Below are positions 21,961 through 32,963 of a stretch of DNA of 64,000 nt, piece by piece. Made by a program: the position numbers and the translations under genes. The stretch covers positions 1 through 64,000 of the forward strand of contig CAVVUN010000011.1 in assembly GCA_963751455.1 (NCBI GenBank), in the 5' to 3' direction. Every line of letters begins with the position of its first letter. Within the stretch, counting starts at the first letter, position 1. Source of the stretch: Nitrospirota bacterium (GTDB taxonomy: Bacteria; Nitrospirota; UBA9217). The notes below the pieces were generated by a model that saw only the letters and a list, made by a program, of their open reading frames with translations, was not told the origin of the DNA and ran no database searches.

Positions 21961-22305
21961 ACCGAAAGGGTCGTGATGTAGGTGAGACGGATGGAAGTTA
22001 TGAGTTACGAGAGAATGCTGCCTCTTACAAGCCCCTTTTGGGGCATGAAAAGATGGTTATAAGCCTTGGAAAATGGCTATTTTGGGGGTGATAAAGTTTG
22101 AATAACAAAACGTTATCGTGGTCCGACCCCGGCACCGTAATAAAAGATACGCGCTCATTGACTATGAAGGTCTGGAAGAAATTCTCAACTTCAAGTCTAT
22201 GAGTGAGCTTGCAGAGGCTTACCGGGGATGGATTGAGGATGCACTAATCAAGGAAATGATCAGAGGGATAGCAAGTGGACTGAGAGCATCGCAGTGGCAA
22301 GTGAC
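21961..22305 (+). mobile_element. Second RAYT 3' fragment with right end, followed by an internal RAYT fragment
   Basis: KGRDV...DGSYELRE paralogous to 20882-21125; ACGTTATCGTGGTCCGACCCCGGCACC identical to 19815-19841; then RYALIDYEGL...KWTESIAV. Confidence 0.6.
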
Positions 22306-22310
22306 GCAGC

Positions 22311-24965
22311 CTATCTCCCCTGCAGCCTGACCAGCTTCCCCTCATCTCCATCCACGGCAATCCTGTCCCCATCCTTCAATATATTGAGCAGGCCGGGGAT
22401 GTTCACAACCGCCGGGATGCCGTATTCCCGGGCAACGATTGCGCCGTGCGAGAGATACCCGCCGGTCTCCATTGCGATCGCGGATGCACGCAGAAAGAGG
22501 GGAGTCCACCCGGGGTCCGTGGAAGGAGCGATCAGAACGTCCTTGTGCTTGAGCCGGGTCCCTTCGTCGGGGTGAAGAACGATCCTGACCGGTCCTTCAG
22601 CCTTTCCTGCTGCAACGCCCAGACCGGTCAGTGCCTCTCCTGCAATGTCTGCGACATGCTCTGCCTGCCGCGGCACATCGCCGATGATGATGTCCGGCGG
22701 ATGCAGTTTCCGGTTTTGCTCCTGTGCGATTTTTCGTTCTTCGACAGCGAGCTGCAGACCCGTTCCGTTCCAGTACCCCTTCAGGATTGATCGCACTTCA
22801 TTCCAGGTGCAGTGATAGATGTCGGACTGCTCGAGGATTATTTTTTTCCCGGCAAAGCGCAGGCCGAGCTCATTGATCAGCAACCGCATGGGTTCGAGGT
22901 TCAGGTTCAAAACCGAACGTGCCATCTCGCGAAGTTGCGCGCCCTGGACCGCCTGCTTTATCAGATAATCGACCTGCAGACGACGGAGGAGCGGCAATTT
23001 CGCACGGATCTCCTGTCCGGCCTGCATGGACACCTGTTTCTGCCGCGCTCTGATCGCCGCCAGACCGGCAGTATCAAGCGTGTTCCGTATACTGTTCAGA
23101 AGATAGGAAGGGTCTTCCCTCCAGCAGGGATTCATCAACTCTGATTCGTAAATCGCCCGGTGGCCGAATTCGTCGAGAAAATCGGCGAATCCTTTCCTGA
23201 AGGGCGACAAATCGGGCAGGCCCGTCCACGACTGTGGTTCAAAGGGCTGTGATGTCAGGAATCGCCGGGCATCCGGATCAGTGCGGGCGATCTCGGCAAG
23301 CGCGAGAAGTTTGTAACCCTGCTCGGCGCTGGTAATCCCGTCCTGTCCCGCCATCAGCCCATTGATCAGGGAATGCGCCCTGTTTGCGGGGAAATACCTG
23401 ACAAGCATCTTCTTGAGCAGCGAGACGGGCTGTCCGGCCAGGCCGGTAAGCATCATGTACACCGGGTAAGAGCTTTCGATCACCGAATTCAGTTCGTCGA
23501 GGACCGCCAGGAGCTCCTTGTCCTTCAATCCTTTGGTGTCGATGCTCCTGAATCGGTCCGATGCCTGTCGAAGCCGTTGAAAGGAGGCGGAGGCCTCTCT
23601 TTTGGCCTTCATGGTTGCCCGTACCAGCTGCAGGATATGTTTTATCCTCCGCATGCCTTTTATGCCCCGGTACCGGCCTTCTCCTTGCACGGATATTTCC
23701 GGCTGATGGCCGCCAATGATTTCATTAATTTCACGGGGCAGCATGGCTGCGCCGTCGAAGTATTCCCACTGCATGAGAGACAGGTTCATATACAGTCTGC
23801 CGTTGAACAGCCTGACGCGCTGCAGACCCTCGAGCATTCGATACCCCATGATTTTTGTTGGTATACTCATCATGAGGTTCAGCTCATGCCGGTAAGTGCT
23901 CCAGCTGAGGGTCGAAGCGACCATGGGAAGAACGTCCCGGGAATTGGCATTGGACCAGATGTCCGGCTGGGACCTGAGCTCAGGGTAGGTGTACCGGGGC
24001 AGGGCAGTGACGGGCCGCGCCTGGACCAGGATGAAGTCCCTCCCGTCGAAGACCCACTCGATGTCCTGGTGCTGTTCTCCCGTGCCCAGCTGGTCCATGA
24101 CCCTGAGGGTCAACAAAGCGAGCTCATGGATTTTCTCGTCGGACAGTACCTGGCCGCTGTTTGGCGCCGAGAAGACCAGTTCCGTCCCGCCGTCCTTTTT
24201 CGCCACAGTCCTGGCTTGTTTCCGGCCGATCTTCTTTGCCAGCAACAGCGCTGTTCTGGTTGCCACGCGGTATTCGTCCGGCTCTACTGCACCCATCACG
24301 ACGCTTTCGCCCAGCCCGAAATTGGCATTGATCACCATCAGGTCTTCCCGGCCGGTGCCCGGATCGCAGGAAAAAGCAATCCCGGAAGCTGACGGCTCGA
24401 CCATCTCCATGATCACGACAGCCGGGGCCGCCTGGTTGTCGGCAATGTTCATTTTCCTTCTATACGCAACCGCTCGCGAGGTCCAGACCGATGCATAACA
24501 TGCTTTGATCGCGTGGACGATGTTGTCCAGGTCCCTGACATTCAGGAACGACTCGTGTATGCCGGCAAAGGAGGCTGCCGCGGAATCCTCCAGGCCGGCT
24601 GAAGAACGGACGGCCAGGGGCTTTTCGAAAAGACCAAGCTGCTTGAGCTGTGCGGTAAGTTCCTGTTCAACGCGGGAGGGGAAAGGAGCATTTATGACCT
24701 CCTGCCGGATGGAATCGAGGAGATGCGCTTTTTGAGACAAGGCATCGATCGTGACTTCCCGGGACACCTGCTCAAGACGGTCGCCAAGGTTGTTCGCGGC
24801 AATGAATTCCCGATAACCTGCAGAGCTCAGCACGCCCCCGGCTGGAACGGGAAATCCGTATCGAACAAGCCTGGCCAGGTTCCAGCCCTTGCCGCCGACA
24901 GTTGCCGCTTTTTCTTCGAAAGCCTCGAGCCAGGTAAGAAAAAGCTTCTCATTTGTTTTTTTCAT
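22311..24965 (-). CDS. PEP-utilising phosphotransferase, PPDK/rifampicin phosphotransferase-like architecture
   Basis: N-terminal ATP-grasp (GGKG.NL, AVRSSA..ED...SFAG, QDIEW, QARPVT); C-terminal swivel His domain (TDPGWTPLF, SHGAIVAREYGIPAV). Confidence 0.9.
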   Translation of the reverse strand: MKKTNEKLFLTWLEAFEEKAATVGGKGWNLARLVRYGFPVPAGGVLSSAGYREFIAANNLGDRLEQVSREVTIDALSQKAHLLDSIRQEVINAPFPSRVEQELTAQLKQLGLFEKPLAVRSSAGLEDSAAASFAGIHESFLNVRDLDNIVHAIKACYASVWTSRAVAYRRKMNIADNQAAPAVVIMEMVEPSASGIAFSCDPGTGREDLMVINANFGLGESVVMGAVEPDEYRVATRTALLLAKKIGRKQARTVAKKDGGTELVFSAPNSGQVLSDEKIHELALLTLRVMDQLGTGEQHQDIEWVFDGRDFILVQARPVTALPRYTYPELRSQPDIWSNANSRDVLPMVASTLSWSTYRHELNLMMSIPTKIMGYRMLEGLQRVRLFNGRLYMNLSLMQWEYFDGAAMLPREINEIIGGHQPEISVQGEGRYRGIKGMRRIKHILQLVRATMKAKREASASFQRLRQASDRFRSIDTKGLKDKELLAVLDELNSVIESSYPVYMMLTGLAGQPVSLLKKMLVRYFPANRAHSLINGLMAGQDGITSAEQGYKLLALAEIARTDPDARRFLTSQPFEPQSWTGLPDLSPFRKGFADFLDEFGHRAIYESELMNPCWREDPSYLLNSIRNTLDTAGLAAIRARQKQVSMQAGQEIRAKLPLLRRLQVDYLIKQAVQGAQLREMARSVLNLNLEPMRLLINELGLRFAGKKIILEQSDIYHCTWNEVRSILKGYWNGTGLQLAVEERKIAQEQNRKLHPPDIIIGDVPRQAEHVADIAGEALTGLGVAAGKAEGPVRIVLHPDEGTRLKHKDVLIAPSTDPGWTPLFLRASAIAMETGGYLSHGAIVAREYGIPAVVNIPGLLNILKDGDRIAVDGDEGKLVRLQGR

Positions 24966-25596
24966 GCGCTTGCCCTTTCGACTTGCTGTTTATTGCGGCG
25001 CCTTCCAGGAACAGGTCGATCACCTGCTCGTTGGCTTTTTTGAAGGTGAAGGATTTGGCATCGGACAGCCAGCAGATGAGTACACCGAAGAACATCAGCT
25101 CGAGGTGCAGGGCAAGGACTTGTAGAGGGATGTCCTGCCGCAGCTCGCCGGACTTCCTGCCCGCGGCGATCACTGCTTCAACAACCTTGTTAAAGCCGCT
25201 CCGGTCGGCCTGGGTGAGGTCCGGTTTCAGCAGGTTCTGCATGCGGTAGCCAAGGTAGATCTTGTAAATATCCCGGTTGGCCTTCATCCAGGTGGCGATG
25301 CTCCGGAAGAGGGCGGAGAGGCGGGACCGTGTGTCGGGAAGGGATTCGATCAGGGTGAGTGTTCGGGACAGGCCGTCGGCATTGCCGCGTTGTACGTGAC
25401 CGTGGAGGATCGCTTCCTTGGAGGGAAAATAGTTATAGAGCGTGCCTTTCGAGACGTCGGCTGATTCCGCAATCTGATCCGCCGTGGTTGACTCGAATCC
25501 CTGCTTCTGGAACAGATCCATCGCGATATCTATGATTTTCGACCGGGTTTCCCCCTTTTTTCTATCACGACGGCCTAATTCAGTTCGCATATTCAC
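24949..25596 (-). CDS. TetR/AcrR family transcriptional regulator
   Basis: LFQKQGFESTTADQIAESADVSKGTLYNYFPSKE; overlaps the downstream gene. Confidence 0.93.
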   Translation of the reverse strand: MNMRTELGRRDRKKGETRSKIIDIAMDLFQKQGFESTTADQIAESADVSKGTLYNYFPSKEAILHGHVQRGNADGLSRTLTLIESLPDTRSRLSALFRSIATWMKANRDIYKIYLGYRMQNLLKPDLTQADRSGFNKVVEAVIAAGRKSGELRQDIPLQVLALHLELMFFGVLICWLSDAKSFTFKKANEQVIDLFLEGAAINSKSKGQAHEKNK

Positions 25597-25621
25597 CTCA
25601 CAATATCACATATTGTCAATA

Positions 25622-25681
25622 TTGAACCAAGTCTAAAATTAAACTAAGTACAACATTATAACATTTTCGTGCTTTTGTCAA
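25622..25681 (-). promoter_or_regulatory. Extended -10 promoter and two candidate TetR operators
   Basis: Minus-strand TGTTATAAT (-10 at 25655-25660), TTGACA 15 bp upstream; imperfect palindromes TTGAACCAAGTCTAA and TTAAACTAAGTACAA between promoter and start. Confidence 0.5.
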
Positions 25682-25849
25682 GTATTCCGCTGCGAGGACT
25701 GTTTCTTTTAGAAGTTATCATTTTATGTTATGGTTATTGAGAATGGACTACTTCCTGAAGTATTCACTGTGGACAATTTGACAGGAGCCAGTTTACCATA
25801 TTAGAGGACTGGATAGGGAGACGAATCAGATTAGCGATGATATTAATGA

Positions 25850-26366
25850 TAATCACGAAAAAATACTCACGATTAAGCTGCAGCTAGAAAAGGATTTAGA
25901 ACCTAAATGATTTGTCGCTAATGGCAGACGAGAACCGGTTGAAATAAGGACAAATGATAGAGCCAGTCTTAATGTTTTCTTAATATCGGACTTTGTTGAT
26001 CGACATTTTTCATGGAATAATGGAAGTCCGCTACATGCTTTATTGAGACAAGAAGACAATAGGGAATCATCAAAAGATATAACCGTAATAATTGATGCCT
26101 TGAGAGAAGCTAAATCGAAAATAGATTGCTGCTCTTTCGGACATTTGACTGGAATAATTGAAAGGATTAAGGATACTGCTTCGACTCTCGGAATCAATAT
26201 ATCAAATATTTCAACTACAATCGATTCTAGAGACATTCATGTGAAGGACGGCAAGATATGTTTACATGAAGATAAAATTCCGTTCAGGTTAAAAGGTAAA
26301 GGGTCCAAGAGATTAATATCAATTGCGATTCAAACGGAATTAGCGAAGTCCGGAGGCATTTTATTG
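25850..26366 (+). pseudogene. Internal fragment of an OLD-family/AAA ATP-dependent nuclease
   Basis: AT-rich; IPFRLKGKGSKRLISIAIQ (ABC-signature-like) then GGILL, cut where Walker B would be. Confidence 0.6.
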
Positions 26367-26373
26367 AGCCGCA

Positions 26374-26407
26374 TAAAACCCCCGGCTCCTGCCGGGGGAG
26401 GGTCATT
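26374..26407 (+). mobile_element. Orphan IS200/IS605-type end hairpin
   Basis: AAACCCCCGGCTCCTGCCGGGGGAGGGTCATT is nearly identical to the IS200 end at 40582-40611. Confidence 0.7.
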
Positions 26408-26722
26408 ATGGCCAGGTATCAGTTGAAAAGACACCCCACGCATCCCGGAGAGATACTAAAAGAGGAATTTCTATCGCCTCTGGGGATCACGCAGACCGAA
26501 CTCGCGAAGGCGCTCAAAACCTCTTTCAGGACTATCAATGAGATCCTGAACGAGAAGCGGAGTGTGAGCCCGGACATGGCGCTTCGTCTGTCCCGCTATT
26601 TCGTGACTTCGCCGGACGTCTGGATCGGCCTGCAAGCCGACTACGACCTCTATTGGGTCATGGTCAAATCAAAAAAGACGATAGACGGGATCAAACCGCT
26701 GCCGGGAAAACGAGCGGCATAG
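26408..26722 (+). CDS. higA: HigA family antitoxin (no toxin upstream)
   Basis: PTHPGEILKEEFLSPLGITQTELA...MALRLSRYF.TSPDVWIGLQ..YDL. Confidence 0.88.
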   Translation: MARYQLKRHPTHPGEILKEEFLSPLGITQTELAKALKTSFRTINEILNEKRSVSPDMALRLSRYFVTSPDVWIGLQADYDLYWVMVKSKKTIDGIKPLPGKRAA

Positions 26723-26847
26723 AATTATATAGAGGAAGGCTTTGACTCAAAGGTCTTTAACCCAACCCCGGACGTCCCCGGATTAAATTTGTCATCCCCG
26801 ATTTTTGCGATCCCCGATAGAAGCCTTCACGTCCATCTGGAGAAGAT

Positions 26848-28040
<1,193 letters not shown>

Positions 28041-28133
28041 AAATTCTCCCATTAATTTTCTTGCGGCTGAGCCGTTCGTTCATCCGATTACTTCAATTCT
28101 GCGGGCAGGACAACGCAAGGCTCAAGACCTTAG

Positions 28134-29210
28134 TCATCTGGCATCTCCTTGATGTGTGGCCTTCAGCGATGTCATATCGATCACAAAGCGGTATTTCACA
28201 TCGCTTTTCAGCATGCGTTCATAGGCTTCGTTGATATCCTGAATCTTGATCACTTCTATATCTGAAGTGATGCCATGCTTACCGCAGAAATCGAGCATCT
28301 CCTGGGTTTCGGCGATTCCACCGATGTTAGAGCCGGAGAGACTGCGGCGCCCCATGATGAGGCCAAACGCCGAAACGTCGAGAGGCTTAGCGGGGGCGCC
28401 GACCAGGGTGATGTTGCCGTCGCGGCTGAGCAGATTGATATAGGCGTTGATATCGTGGGCCACAGAGACCGCGTCGAGGATGAAGTCGAAGCTGCCGGCG
28501 TGCTTTTTCATCTCGTCGGTATTGCGGGAGACGACGACTTCGTCAGAACCGAGGCGGAGCGCGTCTTCCTTCTTGCCGGGCGAGGTGGTAAAGACGACGA
28601 CGTGGGCTCCGAACGCATGAGCAAACTTCACGCCCATGTGGCCTAGTCCGCCGAGACCGACAACTCCGACTTTCTTGCCCCCGGTGACGCCCCAGCGGCG
28701 CATGGGAGAGTATGTTGTGATTCCTGCACAGAGGAGCGGCGCGGCTCCGGCGAGATCGAGATTTGAGGGGACGCGCAAAACGAAGTGTTCATTGACGACG
28801 ATAATATCAGAGTAGCCGCCATAGGTGACGCCTCCGAGGTGCTTGTCCGGGGAGTTGTAGGTGAGAGTCATGCCCGGGCAGAACTGCTCAAGACCAGCCG
28901 TGCAATGGGGGCAGGTCCTGTCCGAGTCGACCATGCAGCCGACCGCGGCGAGGTCGCCAGGTTTGTACTTCGTTACGGCGGAGCCGACCTTGGTGACGCG
29001 CCCGACAATCTCATGGCCCGGTACGATCGGGTAGACGGTCGGCATTACGCCGCTCCATTCATTACGGACGAGGTGGAGGTCGGAGTGGCAGATGCCGCAG
29101 AAGAGGATTTCGATCTGAACGTCGTGTTCGGTCGGATCGCGTCGCGGGATTGTGGTGGAGGCCAGCGGCGATGTCGCACTGGCAGCAGAGTAAGCTTTGA
29201 TGTTGTACAT
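28134..29210 (-). CDS. Zn-dependent NADPH alcohol dehydrogenase (CAD/YahK family)
   Basis: CGICHSD, GHEIVG, APLLCAGITTYSP, GLGGLGH, DVKYRFVID. Confidence 0.94.
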   Translation of the reverse strand: MYNIKAYSAASATSPLASTTIPRRDPTEHDVQIEILFCGICHSDLHLVRNEWSGVMPTVYPIVPGHEIVGRVTKVGSAVTKYKPGDLAAVGCMVDSDRTCPHCTAGLEQFCPGMTLTYNSPDKHLGGVTYGGYSDIIVVNEHFVLRVPSNLDLAGAAPLLCAGITTYSPMRRWGVTGGKKVGVVGLGGLGHMGVKFAHAFGAHVVVFTTSPGKKEDALRLGSDEVVVSRNTDEMKKHAGSFDFILDAVSVAHDINAYINLLSRDGNITLVGAPAKPLDVSAFGLIMGRRSLSGSNIGGIAETQEMLDFCGKHGITSDIEVIKIQDINEAYERMLKSDVKYRFVIDMTSLKATHQGDAR

Positions 29211-29303
29211 AGATTTATCCCTCCTATGGTTTTCTTTCGGGTTGAATCAGCCTTGGTGTTGTTCTCGGTGACCTTTTCCATCGAGTCGGCGCTCTCTTGC
29301 AAC

Positions 29304-29504
29304 TCAAAGCCCGGTCATTTGCTCCAGCTTTTCGGGGTACCGAGCCCCTTGCACCGTGATCTCGATGCAGCGGTATCGATCTCACGGAGATCGTCGGACG
29401 TGAGTTGACTGCGACTGCCGGACCGAGGCAATGCTCATCCCCATGCAGCCGAGCCCCAGAGCCGAAACTTCCAGATCACTTTTGCCTAATTTACGTTTTT
29501 ACAT
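29304..29504 (-). pseudogene. Aldo/keto reductase remnant (N- and C-termini only)
   Basis: M*KRKLGKSDLEVSALGLGCMGMS joined directly to LTSDDLREID...VQGARYPEKLEQMTGL. Confidence 0.75.
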
Positions 29505-29711
29505 TGTATCTCCTTTTTCCTGAGGACCGAACTTCGTACACTTTCAAGACATGAATTTGCCACTTGTTAATAATCATAGCCTACGCTTGAAAAAACATAC
29601 GGACTCGCCTAGTCGTCCGAAATCTTTGATAAATATGTACTACGAAGTGAGCTTTGGTAATATCAAGGTAGGGAGATACCAATGCAAAATATATGATAGG
29701 AGGCACACACC

Positions 29712-30145
29712 ATGAAAAGCGTCATTGAACTCAAGATTGATGCGCCGCTGGAAAGGATTGCGGCACTCTTCGCTGATCCTCAACAAAACACAAAGTGGAT
29801 GGATGATGTTGAAAGGGTGGAGCCGATTAGCGGCCAGCTTGGCATGCCGGGCTCTCAATACCGGCTCGTGCCGAAGAAGGGGAACATGGTCTTTGTCGCG
29901 ACGGTTCTTTCCAGGAATCTTCCCACTGAATATCAATTGATTCTTGAAGCATCAAGCGCAACTGTGTCAGTGAAGGGAACTTTGGTCGCCTTATCTTCAG
30001 ACAGGACGCGTCTCATATCTGAAGAGGTGTTCAGTTCAAGGGGCTATTCAACCAGTTATTCGGCTTCCTGGCGCAAGGAGCAATCAAGAAAGCGCACCGC
30101 CGGCATATGGAGGCATTCAAGCGCTTCGCGGAAGCCCAAATGTGA
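29712..30145 (+). CDS. SRPBCC (START-like) family protein, frameshift near 30035
   Basis: MKSVIELKIDAPLERIAALFADP..NTKW; C-terminus HMEAFKRFAEAQM* lies in another frame. Confidence 0.7.
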
Positions 30146-30902
30146 GCCAATAGACCGGGTAGAGCAGCGCGAAACCCGACAACGACAAATTGGGGTCACC
30201 TATGCCGCGAAACCAGCGCGGCAAATCAAACCGTGCGAGAGGAATTTACCCCTGCGCGGGCAGCCGCTCACCCGGAGTGATGACGGAAAGCATAGATTAA
30301 CCTTGACTTAAACATTAAAGACTTGACCTTATTGCTTCCTGAGAGAAGCGGCGATGAAGGTCGCGGCCTCAAACAGCATAAAGGGCCGGATTGTGTGCAT
30401 TGAGTTACTCCGCGAACGTCTCGACAGTTTCGAAGCAGTCAGCGTCCTTCGTTAATTATCTATTGATAACTATATGGCTGTATCAGGTGAGTGTCAGTGA
30501 GAGCAAATTTCTGTTGGGAGGCGTGGCAATTACTGAATAAAACTTTGGCCGTAACGGAAACGGGAACTTAAACGCCTTTTGAAAGGGAAGTGATCGGGAG
30601 GTCTGTGCGGCTGGTCGAGAACCCGTGAAGTTCGGGGCACGTCTGATCAATTCCTAATTTCCTTAGCCTGATCCCATTCGGTCCCAGTGTGCCGAGAGAT
30701 AGAGCACGGATAGGTGACTGGTTTATGGTCCGAAAGACCCTTGCGGAACGGCTTACGGGAAACGCTGGTGGTGAAACCGGAGGCCTTTTTATAGACCCTA
30801 TGAGGCCTCAACCGGAAGCACACAACGCGCTCGCGCACATCTTCTCCTGGCTTAACAGATGGAATAGGAATTAGAAAATTTCACGGTGCGTGAGCAAACA
30901 GT

Positions 30903-31316
30903 TCAATGCCTGCGAAACTTCATCGACCTGAACCGAGCAAGAATATTACATTCGCTGCATTGACATTGACATTGACACTGGGTATTATCGATACAGAATG
31001 TAGGTATGCACTCGCAGCATTCGGTATCTGGTTTGATATCATCTTTAATAATTCTGCTTGAGTACGCGCCTATCAGCTCTTCCACAGACATGATATCCGT
31101 TACCATAATTTTAGCGTCTGCCGCGAGGCTAAGTATCACCATGCCATCACGTGCCGTTTCTTTGCCGATAATCGATTTTGAGGGAATATCAAAAATGCAT
31201 CCGCCCGTTTTCAGACTCACAATATCCCCGTTCTCCTCCACGATCTTTCCGGCGACTCGCGCGTTTGTCGTTGCAATTTCACTGACTTTCTCAAATTGCT
31301 CATATCGCTTTGACAT
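30903..31316 (-). CDS. 137-aa protein with Cys-rich C-terminus; candidate radical SAM substrate or precursor
   Basis: RBS AGGAGG at 31321-31326; tail ECCECIPTFCIDNTQCQCQCQCSEC; directly downstream of the radical SAM gene. Confidence 0.7.
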   Translation of the reverse strand: MSKRYEQFEKVSEIATTNARVAGKIVEENGDIVSLKTGGCIFDIPSKSIIGKETARDGMVILSLAADAKIMVTDIMSVEELIGAYSSRIIKDDIKPDTECCECIPTFCIDNTQCQCQCQCSECNILARFRSMKFRRH

Positions 31317-31414
31317 ACACCCTCCTTTCCGGGGAACATCTGAATTCCCGTTGCATTTCGTTAAGTTGCTTATTGCCTTAGCCTCTTTACATGACTCACA
31401 GTTCAAAGTGTGCT

Positions 31415-32860
31415 TTATGTAACTGCCTTATCAATTACGAACATACCCCGTTTAGGCCCCTCTCCTTGCATCATCTTCCAGGCCAGCAAACTGATGAACC
31501 CGGGTATAATGAACTTGTGTAGCCTGCAGAACGGCGATTTGGAAAAGGGGTGTTTGTTCATCCTGAGGTTCAGGACGGGGCATCCGCCCGCACATATGGA
31601 AAACCAGGCGCACGCCATGCATTCATCCTCATGAGGCCTCTTCTGCCTTTCGAAGGGATTCCATTTAAAGGAGCTTCTGCACGCTTCGAGCATGTCGTTT
31701 CCCGGCTCTATGCCTTCCTCATCCACGCACATGGGACACGAGACTATTTTTCCGTCCGGCTTCACCACAATGTGGTTGTAACCGATGCCGCAGGGCGCCC
31801 CCCAGGCAGGGTTGTCGAAATACAGATCACATAGCTTCAGATTGCTTATGAACTCATATGAGTAACGCGGATCCTTCAGCTCTTCAAACGTCGTCTCGAA
31901 GGACTGTATCAGCCTGTCACAAACCTCGTTATGGTCGCGCTCGGTATCCTGGCTCCAGGGCGTGAAGCAATCCGGCTGACGGACCACGTCAAGCCGTGCT
32001 CTGTATCCATTATCATGAACCCAACGGACAAGCTGCGGCAGGCTTTCGCAAGTCTCTCCGCTTATGGTCGCATTGATAAACGGCTTTATTCCATTTTCCC
32101 TCAGCATGGCCAGATTTCTCTGGATGACGCTCCAGCTCCCCTTGCCGCTCCGAACGAAAATCCTGAAAGTATCGTGGACGGTACCGTATCCGTCAATAGA
32201 TACGCTAATACTGGTGCCGGGCTTCTTAAGGAAATCGATTATTCTGCTGTTTAAAACGGTCCCGTTAGTCAGAACCGCGAAGCCCAGCTTCGCTGGTGTG
32301 CCTGCCATCTCTTTTTCGAATATCGACCTGAATGATTCCAGTTCCGGCACTGCCAGCGTCGGCTCTCCACCCGCGAATTTGATCGTTATATTCTGAATAT
32401 TGTATTTTCCGGCTGTCCATGCAAGGGCCCGTGCAGTTTTAGTGGCGGCTTCTTCGCGCATTATTACAGGGCGCTTATCTCCGACAAAGCAGTAGGCACA
32501 TTTAAGGTTACACGAGTTTGTCACGTGCAGCCATACTGATACCCATTGAGGGGGATCAGCTTCAAGAACAGAAGGCAGTGTGTGAGGCAACGGGGTCGGC
32601 TCCGGGCGCAGGAGCCCGTTATCCTGCAGAAAGGCTATTGTGGCAAGTGCCTTTGAGGCATCTTCTGTCCGGGAGACAACTTCAAAGATCGTTCTGCCCC
32701 CATCGAAATTCCTCATTATTTTCAATGTTTCATCCTGCACGACCACAGGCAGCCCGGGATAGTCGGGGGCAAACAGAATCCACCGCTCCCGGTTAATCCT
32801 CTCCCTAAAAACAATTTTAGAGGACCAAAGTCTATCCCCTAGGAAGACAGTAGTTTTCAT
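31415..32860 (-). CDS. Radical SAM/SPASM maturase with N-terminal RRE/PqqD-like domain
   Basis: CNLKCAYC, GGEP, TNGT, SIDG; SPASM CGIG..DGKIVSC...CMACAWFSICAGGC...C; wHTH-like N-terminus ending LQDNGLL. Confidence 0.9.
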   Translation of the reverse strand: MKTTVFLGDRLWSSKIVFRERINRERWILFAPDYPGLPVVVQDETLKIMRNFDGGRTIFEVVSRTEDASKALATIAFLQDNGLLRPEPTPLPHTLPSVLEADPPQWVSVWLHVTNSCNLKCAYCFVGDKRPVIMREEAATKTARALAWTAGKYNIQNITIKFAGGEPTLAVPELESFRSIFEKEMAGTPAKLGFAVLTNGTVLNSRIIDFLKKPGTSISVSIDGYGTVHDTFRIFVRSGKGSWSVIQRNLAMLRENGIKPFINATISGETCESLPQLVRWVHDNGYRARLDVVRQPDCFTPWSQDTERDHNEVCDRLIQSFETTFEELKDPRYSYEFISNLKLCDLYFDNPAWGAPCGIGYNHIVVKPDGKIVSCPMCVDEEGIEPGNDMLEACRSSFKWNPFERQKRPHEDECMACAWFSICAGGCPVLNLRMNKHPFSKSPFCRLHKFIIPGFISLLAWKMMQGEGPKRGMFVIDKAVT

Positions 32861-32963
32861 TGTTCGTTCTCGCAGGTTAGAGAGAGGTTAAGTCGATTCC
32901 TGTCGCTTCTCGTCTTAGCAGTCCTTTCCTCTCAGGGGCGTTCGCATGAATTCCGTCTCTTTG

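Noticed and set aside
30540-30700. Possible riboswitch or ncRNA in the long intergenic gap
   Set aside because: No conserved cobalamin, c-di-GMP or SAM motif set could be assigned by eye; needs an Infernal/Rfam search
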